A stretch of DNA of 59,503 nt, the filler included, from Globobulimina sp. (lineage: Eukaryota), in the NCBI GenBank assembly GCA_003354225.1. It is 12 parts of 12 records of this genome, joined end to end, with 100 filler letters (N's around TTAATTAATTAA, not from the genome) between each part and the next. Parts side by side here need not be neighbours in the genome. Positions count along the whole stretch, not along the records: positions 1 to 4,872 come from PIVH01000879.1; positions 4,973 to 9,843 come from PIVH01000880.1; positions 9,944 to 14,814 come from PIVH01000881.1; 9 more parts are not named here. One strand, 5' to 3'. The translations under genes and the position numbers were made by a program. Under the pieces are notes generated by a model. The model saw only the letters and a list, made by a program, of their open reading frames with translations, was not told the origin of the DNA and did no database searches. The first letter of the stretch is position 1. Every line of letters starts with the position of its first letter. Of the stretch, positions 1 through 10,482 are shown one piece after another.

Positions 1-1183
1 GCATTCCCATACATGTTGCAGCAATTTGTCTGGTTCTGATGGCTGTTTTGATAAAACCCTCCAAGTCCTCAATAGATTCAATATTAAACCAGTTTAATCC
101 TTCAATTTGCACCGTATTATCCACTAAATATCTAACTCGTATTTTGGTTTTTTTATTTTTGTTCATATCAATATCTTCTTCGTTTAAACGGTAAAGTAAA
201 TCATCGATCTTTTCATTATATATTTGAATAATGGCACATTTCACAGTATATTGTATGTTGTTTGCATGCTGTATTTTACCTAAAATATATTCCATTGATT
301 TTATGAGAATTCCTCTGTTGTCCTTTGGTCCCTGCATTGTGTATGTCTTTCCTGCTCCAGTTACACCATAAACAAATACGGATAAATTCCCTCCACATAA
401 CACTTCGTCGAGATAACCAGCAATATCGCTGAATATATCATGTTGTGTTGACTGTGAATTATAAACATTGGCAAAATAATTGAAGGAATGCACTTTTTGT
501 TTGTCATGATCATCAACCACTGATATTTTATTTGTGTCATATTTATCAAATTGAATGCAGGAAACATAGTTTTTTTTGAGCTCAAAAGGTAATAACGGTC
601 TGATTCTGCAATATATATTAATATGACATTCATCCCTTTCACACCAAAAGCGAAAGCACAAAATAATAATAGATTGAGGTAAAATAATATTATTATTATT
701 ATTTAATAAGAGTTGAGCTGATCTCATATAGCCGGAAAGCAATAGAATAATGCGTTGCTGTTTGGAATTGAGCATCATAACATTTTTGAAATATTGTTTT
801 GTTTCCATTGGTGATAATATAGTTTGATGTTGTTGTTTATTGTCGGCATTGATGAATTTGTCATGTTTAGAGCGCACAGCATTGATTTGATGATCTTGTT
901 TTATTTCTATTTGATTGTATTTGATTCCATTTAATACAATCTTATGATCAAATAAATTTGTATCCCATCTTTCTTCATCCACTAAAAATCTAAATCTATG
1001 AATTCCGGCTGGTAGTTTCATAATGGATGCAAATATTTGCTTTCCTTGATATTCTAATTCTTGTTCTCCTTTAAATCTGTTCCATGAACCAAACAGTTCA
1101 ACATAATGTCGTTTACGATCAAATGCTTTGTATTCCACCCTTACATCAAACAACGGTTCTTGCTCTTCAATATCAGTTTCCAT
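1..1183 (-). CDS. Kinesin with N-terminal CBM48/AMPK-beta glycogen-binding-like domain (3' partial)
   Basis: Manual translation from ATG 1183 is open to the contig edge. It reads VELFGSWNRF..KLPAGIHRFRFLVDEERW (CBM48-like), then NIYCRIRP, FVYGVTGAGKTYTMQG (P-loop), IQIYNEKIDDLL and RQIAATCM. Absent from the ORF track because it has no stop. Confidence 0.85.
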   Translation of the reverse strand, partial: METDIEEQEPLFDVRVEYKAFDRKRHYVELFGSWNRFKGEQELEYQGKQIFASIMKLPAGIHRFRFLVDEERWDTNLFDHKIVLNGIKYNQIEIKQDHQINAVRSKHDKFINADNKQQHQTILSPMETKQYFKNVMMLNSKQQRIILLLSGYMRSAQLLLNNNNNIILPQSIIILCFRFWCERDECHINIYCRIRPLLPFELKKNYVSCIQFDKYDTNKISVVDDHDKQKVHSFNYFANVYNSQSTQHDIFSDIAGYLDEVLCGGNLSVFVYGVTGAGKTYTMQGPKDNRGILIKSMEYILGKIQHANNIQYTVKCAIIQIYNEKIDDLLYRLNEEDIDMNKNKKTKIRVRYLVDNTVQIEGLNWFNIESIEDLEGFIKTAIRTRQIAATCMGM

Positions 1184-1221
1184 CCATTACAAAGTTTTTT
1201 TACTACACTAACTAGAAAACC

Positions 1222-2301
1222 ATGGGTTTTTATAATGACGGACAATTAAATAACTGGCAAACATGGATATTGACAATCTTAAGTCTTGTAACCCTTTTAA
1301 TAACTATTATCAATTTGATTTATTTATGGATAAATATGCCAAAAGCACATCACCCACAAATTCAATATGATGATGAACCATTACTACAAGACATTGATCC
1401 ATCTGTTCCAGTGCTACGTCGTCAAAAATCAATTGAAAGTTTCCAATTATCATCATGGAGAAACAAAGTTATATACTTTTTTTACATAATGCCATGCATT
1501 CCGTTGTTGCTATCATATGCCAGTCAATACGGTGCACAATATCCGGAGCACAGTATTTGGATATTTCCAGCATTGGATTTAATTGTAGTCATCGCATTTC
1601 TGTCATTCATGAAAATGATAATATTATCGTGTGATGGAATGCATGTTCTTCGTTTTTATTTGGAACCCGAAGCAGATACACATGCAAAATGTAAATGTTG
1701 TGCCAGAGACAACGCATATATCGGATTTAAAGCACGTTTAAAAATAGCTTTCTTGATTGCAGTGAAACCCTTCGTTGATTATACTTTCTCATATTTTGAG
1801 TATTTTTATGGGAGCGCCCAATTTGAAAACGCTTTGCGATATACATTGAAAATATTGATTGTTTTATGCACTGTGTTGCCAGTAACCGGAATTAAAATGT
1901 TTCACGAATCCTGTCATAAATATTCGAGGATGAAACGAAGCAATGTCAAAACTAATTTTGTTGTATATTTAGCTCCGGGGGTCCAACTGCAACAGTTATT
2001 GATATCATTTCTATTTAATATTAATGCAATCCCAGGATTTGAACATGTCGACGAGAAATTTCGATGGTGTTGTTTCTATGGAATGGTAATCTGTTTTGAA
2101 ATGTTGATATTCAGTTTATTTGTCACTTTTTTTGTTTTCAATCCGAAAGATTTAATGTTATGGGATGATACGGACATTTTATTAGCGGATAAAACACCCT
2201 CTCACATTGATGATTGTATGACTCCAACATATGATACATTCACAACACAGACAAATGCACATCTTAACTCAAGTGCATTCGACAAAGGCATTGTTATTTA
2301 A
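1222..2301 (+). CDS. Organic solute transporter alpha / TMEM184-like membrane protein
   Basis: 359-aa multi-TM ORF with ICFEMLIFSL motif near the C-terminus and AVKP motif. Confidence 0.6.
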   Translation: MGFYNDGQLNNWQTWILTILSLVTLLITIINLIYLWINMPKAHHPQIQYDDEPLLQDIDPSVPVLRRQKSIESFQLSSWRNKVIYFFYIMPCIPLLLSYASQYGAQYPEHSIWIFPALDLIVVIAFLSFMKMIILSCDGMHVLRFYLEPEADTHAKCKCCARDNAYIGFKARLKIAFLIAVKPFVDYTFSYFEYFYGSAQFENALRYTLKILIVLCTVLPVTGIKMFHESCHKYSRMKRSNVKTNFVVYLAPGVQLQQLLISFLFNINAIPGFEHVDEKFRWCCFYGMVICFEMLIFSLFVTFFVFNPKDLMLWDDTDILLADKTPSHIDDCMTPTYDTFTTQTNAHLNSSAFDKGIVI

Positions 2302-2466
2302 TATTTTTGAAATGCGCTGTTAGACATATTTGTAGATGTGGTGTGCCATATTTTAAATTGTTTTTTCGAGGCAAGAAACGTGCACACACCGATTGGCTAA
2401 AACCTTAATTTACCTCAAGTAAACCTTAAAACTCGTCGTTAAGTCAAGTAAACCTCAGTCCTCAGC

Positions 2467-3700
2467 ATGAGCGATACTCCAATCACAAGCAAAATCGATG
2501 ATTTAATCAAACTAATCAATAATTACGACATAAGCGGTAGTACCAATGAGAAAACTCAATTACGTGTTTGTGTGACCGGAGGCGGCGGCTTCATCGGCTC
2601 TCATTTGGCGAAACGTTTGAAAGAACAGGGCTGTTACGTGATCGCTGCAGATTGGAAAGTCCACGAATTCTGGAAACCCGCCGAATTCTGTGACGAATTC
2701 CATTGCGTAGACCTCCGCGCCTTCAAGAACTGTATGCAAGTGACCTCGGCCTGCGACCACGTCTACAACTTAGCCGCCGATATGGGCGGTATGGGCTTCA
2801 TCCAATCCAATGAATCAGTATTGATGTGGAACAACACCATGGTTTCCAGCAAAGTCTTGGAAGCTTCGCGCCGCAACGGCTGCAAACGCTACTTTTACTC
2901 CTCCTCAGCTTGCTGCTACAACGAGAAAATGCAATTAGTTACACATCTTTTTCTTGAAATTTCCGTGCATAATAAGCATATATACCCACTACACTGCAAC
3001 CACACGCGTATAGGACGTGGATAACCCGGGCTTAAAAGAGGCGGATGCGTGGCCCGCATGGCCGCAGGACACGTATGGGTTTGAGAAGTTGTATGCGGAG
3101 GAAATGGCTATGATCTATGGGCGCGACTTTAATATCGTAACTCGCATGGCGCGCTTCCATAATATTTACGGGCCATATGGTACGTGGAAGGGAGGTCGGG
3201 AGAAGGCGCCGGCTGCGTTTTGCAGGAAAGCGGCGGCGTGCTCGAATGGCGACAAACTGGACATTTGGGGCGACGGCAAGCAAACGCGCTCCTTTTGCTA
3301 TGTGGACGATTGCGTGGAGGGCATCTTGCGAATTATGAACAGTGAGTATGATAAACCACTCAATTTAGGCTCTGACGAAATGATTGATATGAATGGCTTG
3401 TTGAATATGGCCTGTTCCTTTGCGAACAAACAGGTTTCTATCGCGCATATACCAGGGCCTGAAGGCGTGCGTGGCCGGAATAGCAATAATGATTTGATCA
3501 AAGGAGTGTTGGGCTGGGTGCCTCAGACACCGTTGAAAGTTGGATTGAGGAGAACGTTTAATTGGATTCAAGCACAGATTGAGACGGAAAGAGCCAATGG
3601 CTCGACGGAGGACTTTATTACGTCGAAAATTGTCAAGCAAGATGCTTCGCGATTGGATACTATTGGCGGCTTATTGGGTGATGAGATGAAAACAAATTGA
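2467..3700 (+). CDS. GME: GDP-D-mannose 3',5'-epimerase, 2 exons (intron 2938-3013)
   Basis: TGGGGFIG, NLAADMGGMGFIQSN, YGFEK, RFHNIYGPYGTWKGGREKAPAAFCRK, GPEGVRGRNSNN. A 76-nt GT-AG intron joins the two ORFs in frame (MQL|DVDNPGLKEADAWP). Confidence 0.93.
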
Positions 3701-4662
3701 TATGTTTTGGAAAATTTATGCTCTCCATTTCCCTTCGCAACAAAATAAAGGTATTTGCTTGCGGTTGGTAAAACAGATGCCATCAGCGATTTAATGCCTG
3801 GATTTGCAATAGGAGTTGGTGGTAATCCTTTTATCATATATGTATTATATGGCGTTTTCGTGCGTAAATGCTTTTTTGTGAGATTACCGTTAAAACCTTT
3901 GATACCGTAAATCACCGTTGGATCCGTTGCTAATGGCATTCTTCTATTTAATCTGTTATGGAATACGGAAGAAATCAAAGGCCTTTCTTTTGGTACCGCA
4001 GTCTCTTTCTCAATAATTGAAGCCAAAATGACAGCTTGATAGGTTGTTAAACCCACATTTTCGCACATTTCCTTATAATTCTCCGGAATTCTTTCAAAAA
4101 ATGTATCTATCATTTTACTAACTATTTTTTTCTCCAATGTTTTATTTGAAAAAAAGTACGTCTCCGGAAACAAAAATCCTTCTAATGTATTAATTTTTCC
4201 GGGAAATTTTATGTTTTTCAGAAGATCAGCATTACTTTTAAGGTCATTATAACGATGTTTATTAATTATCGGTGATTTCGCCAGAGTGGAAAAAACCTGG
4301 CTCATGTTTAATCCTTCCGCAATCGTTATAGATACATGTTTTTCTTTTCCTTTTTCAAGTTCATGTAACAGGTCATAAATTGAAATTTCACCCTTAATCG
4401 TAAATTCACCACTTTTTATCTTTCTCTCGTGCCCAAAAATCCTAGCTGTCCATTTAAACAAAAACGCAGAAAATACAATTTCTTTTGCTTCAAGTAAATC
4501 GGCTATTTTATTAAGATTTGTTCCTTTTGGTATTTCAATTATAATTTTATTATCATGTTTTGCTCCTTTATATGGAACAAAAACCGATAAACCGGAAACC
4601 GCCATAAATAGTAAAATAACTACAATAATGACGATTCCGGGTTTTATTTCCAAACTTTTCAT
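3701..4662 (-). CDS. mltG: Bacterial endolytic transglycosylase MltG, 3' end lost at junction with GME
   Basis: LEGFLFPETYFF, ILASIIEKET, VFHNRL, PYNTY..GLPPTPIANPG, YLYFVAKGNGEHKFSKTY. The ORF then reads into antisense GME. Confidence 0.92.
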
Positions 4663-4872
4663 AACATTTTTGATTGCGGCGACTGTAAAGTACCTGAAAT
4701 TTTTAGTTTAAGTCTTCCATTAGAATCTGCAAAAGTACCTTTTATAAAGCTTACTTTTTCCAAGTACTTTCGGTCAATTTGTCCTTTTAAAACCAGATTA
4801 AGTTTAGATAACATAATTTTTGAAAAATTAATCTGAATCGATCCGGAAAGAACAGCATTCAAATCAACATCC
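4659..4872 (-). CDS. C-terminus of upstream bacterial gene, possibly GspN-like (5' partial)
   Basis: Its stop overlaps the mltG start as ATGA (bacterial operon coupling). It ends LKLKISGTLQSP, reminiscent of GspN-type C-termini. Confidence 0.4.
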
Positions 4873-4972
4873 NNNNNNNNNNNNNNNNNNNNNNNNNNNN
4901 NNNNNNNNNNNNNNNNTTAATTAATTAANNNNNNNNNNNNNNNNNNNNNNNNNNNNNNNNNNNNNNNNNNNN
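4873..4972. other. Artificial contig linker N44-TTAATTAATTAA-N44 (first of 11)
   Basis: Identical 100-bp linkers also start at 9844, 14815, 19784, 24753, 29721, 34688, 39653, 44617, 49581 and 54543. The 12-mer has stops in all six frames. Confidence 0.98.
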
Positions 4973-5091
4973 TAACCCGAAATGCATTGCGTTAAGCCGC
5001 CATTGCTTTTGTTGCCTGCTCTGATCATGGACAAAATGGTGGTGATCTCGTCGCGATTATACACTGTCCGATCTTCCACGATATGCAGTCC
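4973..5091 (+). repeat. 119-bp terminal direct repeat of contig 2 (copy at 9725-9843)
   Basis: taacccgaaatgcattgcg...gatatgcagtcc is identical at both contig ends. Confidence 0.95.
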
Positions 5092-5235
5092 CGGCCGTCT
5101 GCGCGCATTTTCTTGGTGCTGATGGATGGAAAATGATGGATCCGATAAGTTATTTTCATTCGCGAGGCGCCTGTGACCATGACGCGGATGTGCTGATTGT
5201 GCGGATCCTGGCAAATTCCCAAGACATTCGGCGCT
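4973..5235 (-). CDS. FIG4: FIG4 N-terminal exon fragment, continuous with 9843 via the terminal repeat
   Basis: LHIVEDRTVYNRDEITTILSMIRAGNKSNGGL matches the FIG4/SAC N-terminus; the 5' limit is uncertain. Confidence 0.6.
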
Positions 5236-6461
5236 ATTTATAAATATATCACACTGCAGAACAGACTGGAAAAAAAAACTATAGATTATAAGAAAATGGA
5301 CATTGGATTAATAAGCAAATAATAACGAGCTGCACATGAATTCTTATTTCTTCCCTATATTTATTTATTTATTTATTTAGCTGATTGTGCTAATCCAGTG
5401 TCTGTATATTTTATAGTTCAAAAGTTAATATAAATTTGGTTTTGTTTTGAAACACACGCTGAAATGAACCAAATAGCATCAAATGTCCCACAAAAAGTGT
5501 CCTTGCAACTATATCCACAACATAGGCAGCGCTTGGCCGTAAATAATGCTGAACCTATTTTAGGGGTTGAACAATGGACGTATTGGATCCGACAGAAGGA
5601 TCAACAACGATGCTTCATGTATAGCGGCCACTTTTTGCGTTTATTTTATCCAAATGTCCAAAATATCCATTCCATGGCAACTGAAAAAACATTTGAGACA
5701 AGAAAAAAAAAAGTAAAGTAAAGTTTTTGTTTTGTAAAAAAGAAAAGCTTGTTTTCATCACACACATATTCTGTGAAAAAAAATCTATATGGCTGTACAC
5801 AAATAGCTCTGAATATAATCACATTACACTGAACATTTCCCTGTTGTGTTATATTTACGCAATTGCAAATTGAAATAATTAACAACAACAAAAAGTAATG
5901 ATATTTTTCAAAATGTGAAAGTATTTCCTCATTCAATATATGACAATGGTATGTGGTATGTGGTGAATAAATTTCGATTCTTCATATTCCAGAATGAGTT
6001 TGAATTTCAAAGTATAACTGGCATTACAGTATTAGTTATAGTTTGAATTCTCAGTATTTTGGATTAAATAAAATAATATAATTTGTTGCTTTTTGTGTAT
6101 TATTTTAGATGAATTCAATAGTGATATTATTATATACTGATTTAGAATCTTACTGTTTCTGTGAAAAGAGTTTGTTTTTGTTGTATATATATTCAGAGCT
6201 GTTTATTTACGAATGCTGCCATATTTTTATTTATTTTTAATAAAACCCCACAGCGACGTCGCTCGCTACGCTCGCAGCTCTCTAGCCGCTGTGGTTCAAG
6301 ACAAAAATTTCTTATTTTCAAGTTAGTTTTCCGAAGTGATTGCTTCTAACTGATTGGTAACTGTGTTTTATTTATTTGTACTAAAAGACGTCGCTCGCTT
6401 CGCTCGCTAGCCGCTGTGGTTGGTTCAGACAAAGCAAAGTTTAATTATAAAGCAATTTCAT

Positions 6462-9405
6462 TCACAGTGGCAACAACAAGTCATTAATGTCAGAATCATT
6501 GAGTTGTTTGGGATTGAGACTTTGCTGGCAGATATTTTGCGGCAGATGCGAGTAGAAGGCGTATCCCTGTTTTTTCATGTTGTCATTTTCGATAAACTTG
6601 ATTTCTTGGTCCAAATTCAAATAAGATTGGTGCAATTTGGCGAACGCAGAAAAGTCCTGCTCCGACAGTCCGATGTCAGTCTCTTTGAACCTCGATTTGA
6701 TGCATTTGTTGATTTCGTTGTTGTTGTTGATGATGGGATAGATTTTCTGCTCCAAATTGTTGTTTTTGTTTTTGTTTTGTTTGATCGAGATCCGATTCAC
6801 ATTGGCCACAAATCCTTTTTCCGTCTTCTCGTCAATGCATTGGTGCGTCGACAGCACATAGTCACTCAGCTCGTATCTGCCATAATTTTGCGTCAAAAAG
6901 AAAGTGAAGTCTTTTTTCTCCAGAAATATATTTTTGGGCAGCGCCAATTCGTTTTGCTGCGAAATCTCATTCGAGTAAAAAAAGTCGGGCTGTCCGTACC
7001 GGTTAAAATGCACATTTTGCCCGTTGCCATCCACCAAATATTCGCCGGCGACCACCGCGCCGTCGTTGTTCAAATCCTTCCTCGAGATCTCGTCCAACTG
7101 CAGCGAGCTGTCAATATTTAAATTTCCCGTCCATTGCCCGCCGAAAAAGTTGAAAAAGCCCTTCCAACGCCGCGAATTCTCCTCATTCTCGCGGCCATGG
7201 CGCACATTTTGATTCTGCACCGCATTCAAATTCAAATTCAAATCAATTTTGCCTTTTTTGCTCTGTTTTTTTGCTGCGGCGCCGACACTCACTTTGTCAA
7301 ATTGCACGTCTTTGTTATCCAAAAGCGACTGAAACCGCACCGGCATCGGCATCGGCAAAATATTCAAAATCGAATCTTGCCGCGACTGCCGCAGTTGTTT
7401 TGGTTTCGGCACACTTTGCGGTGCCATGTTTTTGGACTCCTTCGAATTCTCTTCCGCCTTTTTTTTGATTTGCTTGATGGTGCCGGGGCGGACAGTGCCG
7501 GCTTTCTGGTACGCTCTGTAACTTTGCTGCATGATGGCCGACAATGTCATGGACGGCAACTGCTGAGAATGCATGTCTTCGTCTTGGTAAATGTGGCCGT
7601 TATAATTAATATTCTCCTCTTCATTGCCGGTGACGGGCGCCGACGCAGACAAACTGTGCGCGAACTGCTCCTCATACGACAAATGCGGCGAATGCGACGG
7701 CGACACCTCTCGCTCTCGGACGGCCGCATTATTATTATTATTATTATTATTATTGCTGTCGATCAATTTGTGCATGGCCGGCGTCGATATGTTGGCCACG
7801 TACGGCGTCAAATCGATGTAGGCGTTGAAAGAAGTGATATTGTCATTATTCTTCGCCTCGCCTTTGTTGCTGTTGTGGTTGTGGTCATTGCCGACATTCT
7901 CGTTTCTTTTGCCCGCTTTTTCCTTTTGGCTGATTTTCTTCGTGAAAAGAAACGGCGTAATCCGCGAGATTTTGGATTTTTCAATTTGGTCGTTGGTGTT
8001 CTCGTAATTGTAAAATAATGCGTGTACAGTGTGCGCGTAGTACGGCGTCCGGAATATGGTCTCAATCACATTGCATTGCAGCTCCATCTCTTGGTCGAAC
8101 ACCGTCAAACTGTTGGCATTGAACGCCAAATCGAAGAATAATTTGTGTTTCTCCGCTTTCGATGTGTCCACAATGAGATCCACGCCGCCATTGATCGGCA
8201 AATAAGAGTTTGTGATTCCTAACGCAAAGGACAGCGCCGCATTGCTTTTTCTCTCATTCTGGCCGCCACTCAAAAGCCGCACCGCCGACTCGATCGATTT
8301 GCAGATATTACTCATTAAACGGACCACTTTCTTGGGCGGAAAGAGCGACTTTTTCAACATGACAAATTTGTAGCAATGCACGAAAGTTTTGTTAAACGAC
8401 AGCACCGAATTTATCCACCACTGGTCCTGCAACGACAGCGTCTTTGGGATTTTCTTGTAGATCGTCACCAGTCTGTTATGCAGATAATAATCGGAGCCCA
8501 GCTCCCATAATCGGTAGGAGCCCACGGACGGATCCGGCCGGAAAGTGCCCAGAAACAGGTTCATGGCGTCCTGCTTGACGTTGTCCTGAAAGTTGTTCTG
8601 GTAATGCCGCACGAAGGAAACAAACATCTCTCGGGGCCGCGTGCCGGGATCCTTTTGTTTGTACAGCGCCGGCGCCATCGACCGGGCCTCGGCGTGGTCC
8701 TTTTTCATTTGGCGGTGCATCTGCGAGCCGCCGTATTGCAGCGCCAGACAGTCGCCCATCCGCTCATACATCTGCAGCAGCACTCGGATGAAATCCGACT
8801 CGCGATCCAGCCACGGCGCGTCCCGGATGCCCATCGCATACAATTGATAGCCCAACGCGCATTTACCGACGATAAACTGCGCCACGTTGGTCCGGTCCAA
8901 GCTGTCGATGCAGTTCGCCCTCATCACCCCCTTCTGGAAACAGCCCAAATCGTAGATCCTCCGCTTCTGCGCCTGCTTCTTACAAAAAGCGCGCAGCAAA
9001 ACACTTTCCGGAATGCGCCAGCTCTCCTTCTCGCGCTCCGTCTTCGTTTTACTTTTACTTTTGCACTCGTCAGAGTCCTCGAAGTGCACCGGCTGGATAT
9101 CCTTCTCATCCTCGCGGATGTCATGCGTCCGCCGCCCAAAGCACTCCAAAGCCTGCTTCGTCGGATTGCTGTGGAAGAAGCCGGTTCGCTGCAGACTCCA
9201 TTCCGCAAACTTGGTCAACTCGTCCACCACCGAGCGCGCTTTGTGGCGTTGACACTCTTTAAAGTCCCAGGCCACGTACGATATTTTGTAGTCTTTGGGC
9301 AAAAACGAGTTAATGAAAGACATGGCGCCGTGGATTATGGGCAACATCCAGTTGTTGGACTGCGTCGCCATTCGCAGCGGTTTCAATAAGAACTCGTTCC
9401 AATGA
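6462..9405 (-). CDS. FIG4: SAC-domain PI(3,5)P2 5-phosphatase FIG4 with internal deletion
   Basis: HWNEFLL..WMLPIIHG, catalytic QKGVMRANCIDSLDRTNVAQF, GDCLALQYGGSQ, KQDAMNLFLG, LWELGSDYYLHN. The central SAC segment is missing. Confidence 0.85.
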
Positions 9406-9644
9406 TTCTCATTACAAACAATTAATTATCAGTTATATCCTAATGCGATGCAATTTCATCTACAAATTCAACGACATGTCTCATGTGTGTATAAATACGG
9501 TTGAATATTAATAAAACTCAATGGCCAATTAAATTCATATGAAAACAAACCGTACGTTAATTATTTTCGTTTGAGCGAATTGTACACCAATCTGACGAAG
9601 CCATTGTTGGACATTGTGTGATTCAGCAAGAAATTGGCAGAGTC

Positions 9645-9843
9645 CAATTTGACCCACCAACAACCGCTCAGTGATGAGTACAATGTAGTAACCTTCCAAG
9701 AATCTGATAAAACCGACCACGCCGTAACCCGAAATGCATTGCGTTAAGCCGCCATTGCTTTTGTTGCCTGCTCTGATCATGGACAAAATGGTGGTGATCT
9801 CGTCGCGATTATACACTGTCCGATCTTCCACGATATGCAGTCC
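9645..9843 (-). CDS. FIG4: FIG4 N-terminal segment
   Basis: SGYGVVGFIRFLEGYYIVLITERLLVGQIG is a FIG4 signature; similarity stops abruptly after GQIG. Confidence 0.8.
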
Positions 9844-10482
9844 NNNNNNNNNNNNNNNNNNNNNNNNNNNNNNNNNNNNNNNNNNNNTTAATTAATTAAN
9901 NNNNNNNNNNNNNNNNNNNNNNNNNNNNNNNNNNNNNNNNNNNGATTTGATTTAATAAAAAGTTTCTGACACTTTCCGGTGTTTGTGACTCGTATTCAAA
10001 TAATTCACCATTGTTATACATTCCATTCAATTCAATGAATGCAGTGGTTGCTAAGTACGTTTCACATAGCGACCTTGCCATTTCAATGATGATTCGCGCT
10101 TTTGGTATTCGCATTGCTTCTTTTGAGAGGGTTTTATCAAAGCTGTTTGTTTCTATTTAAAGATTCTATTTTTAGGATGGAGTCTAAATATGTTTTTCAT
10201 AATCGGATCAATGCCGCTGTCTCTTTCCGACGTTAACAATTGTTATCACTTCAAATATTAATCATCATAAGTTCGCAATTTATCAAACTTAGGGGGAGTA
10301 AATTAGACAGGTTTTCAGGATGGTCAGAATACTAGAGTAGAATTTATCATTTTTTTTTGCTAATTTTTTGAAAACTAGAGTAGAATTTTTCTTTTTTTTT
10401 TAATGCGAATATATTAAACTGAAAATTTTTTATTCATTTTGATTTTTGATTTTCACTTCTCTTTCACTTCACTTTGATTTCC

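Noticed and set aside
3568-3700. C-terminal extension of MltG
   Set aside because: It is the antisense of the GME 3' end, read through the junction.
4917-4928. Regularly spaced TTAATTAATTAA as a biological motif or telomere
   Set aside because: Always centred in N runs at contig boundaries; it is a synthetic six-frame stop linker. ORFs ending in X..LIN are artefacts of it.
6420-9389. Long + strand ORFs (233, 294 and 261 aa)
   Set aside because: Antisense shadows of the GC-rich FIG4 CDS, with no motifs.
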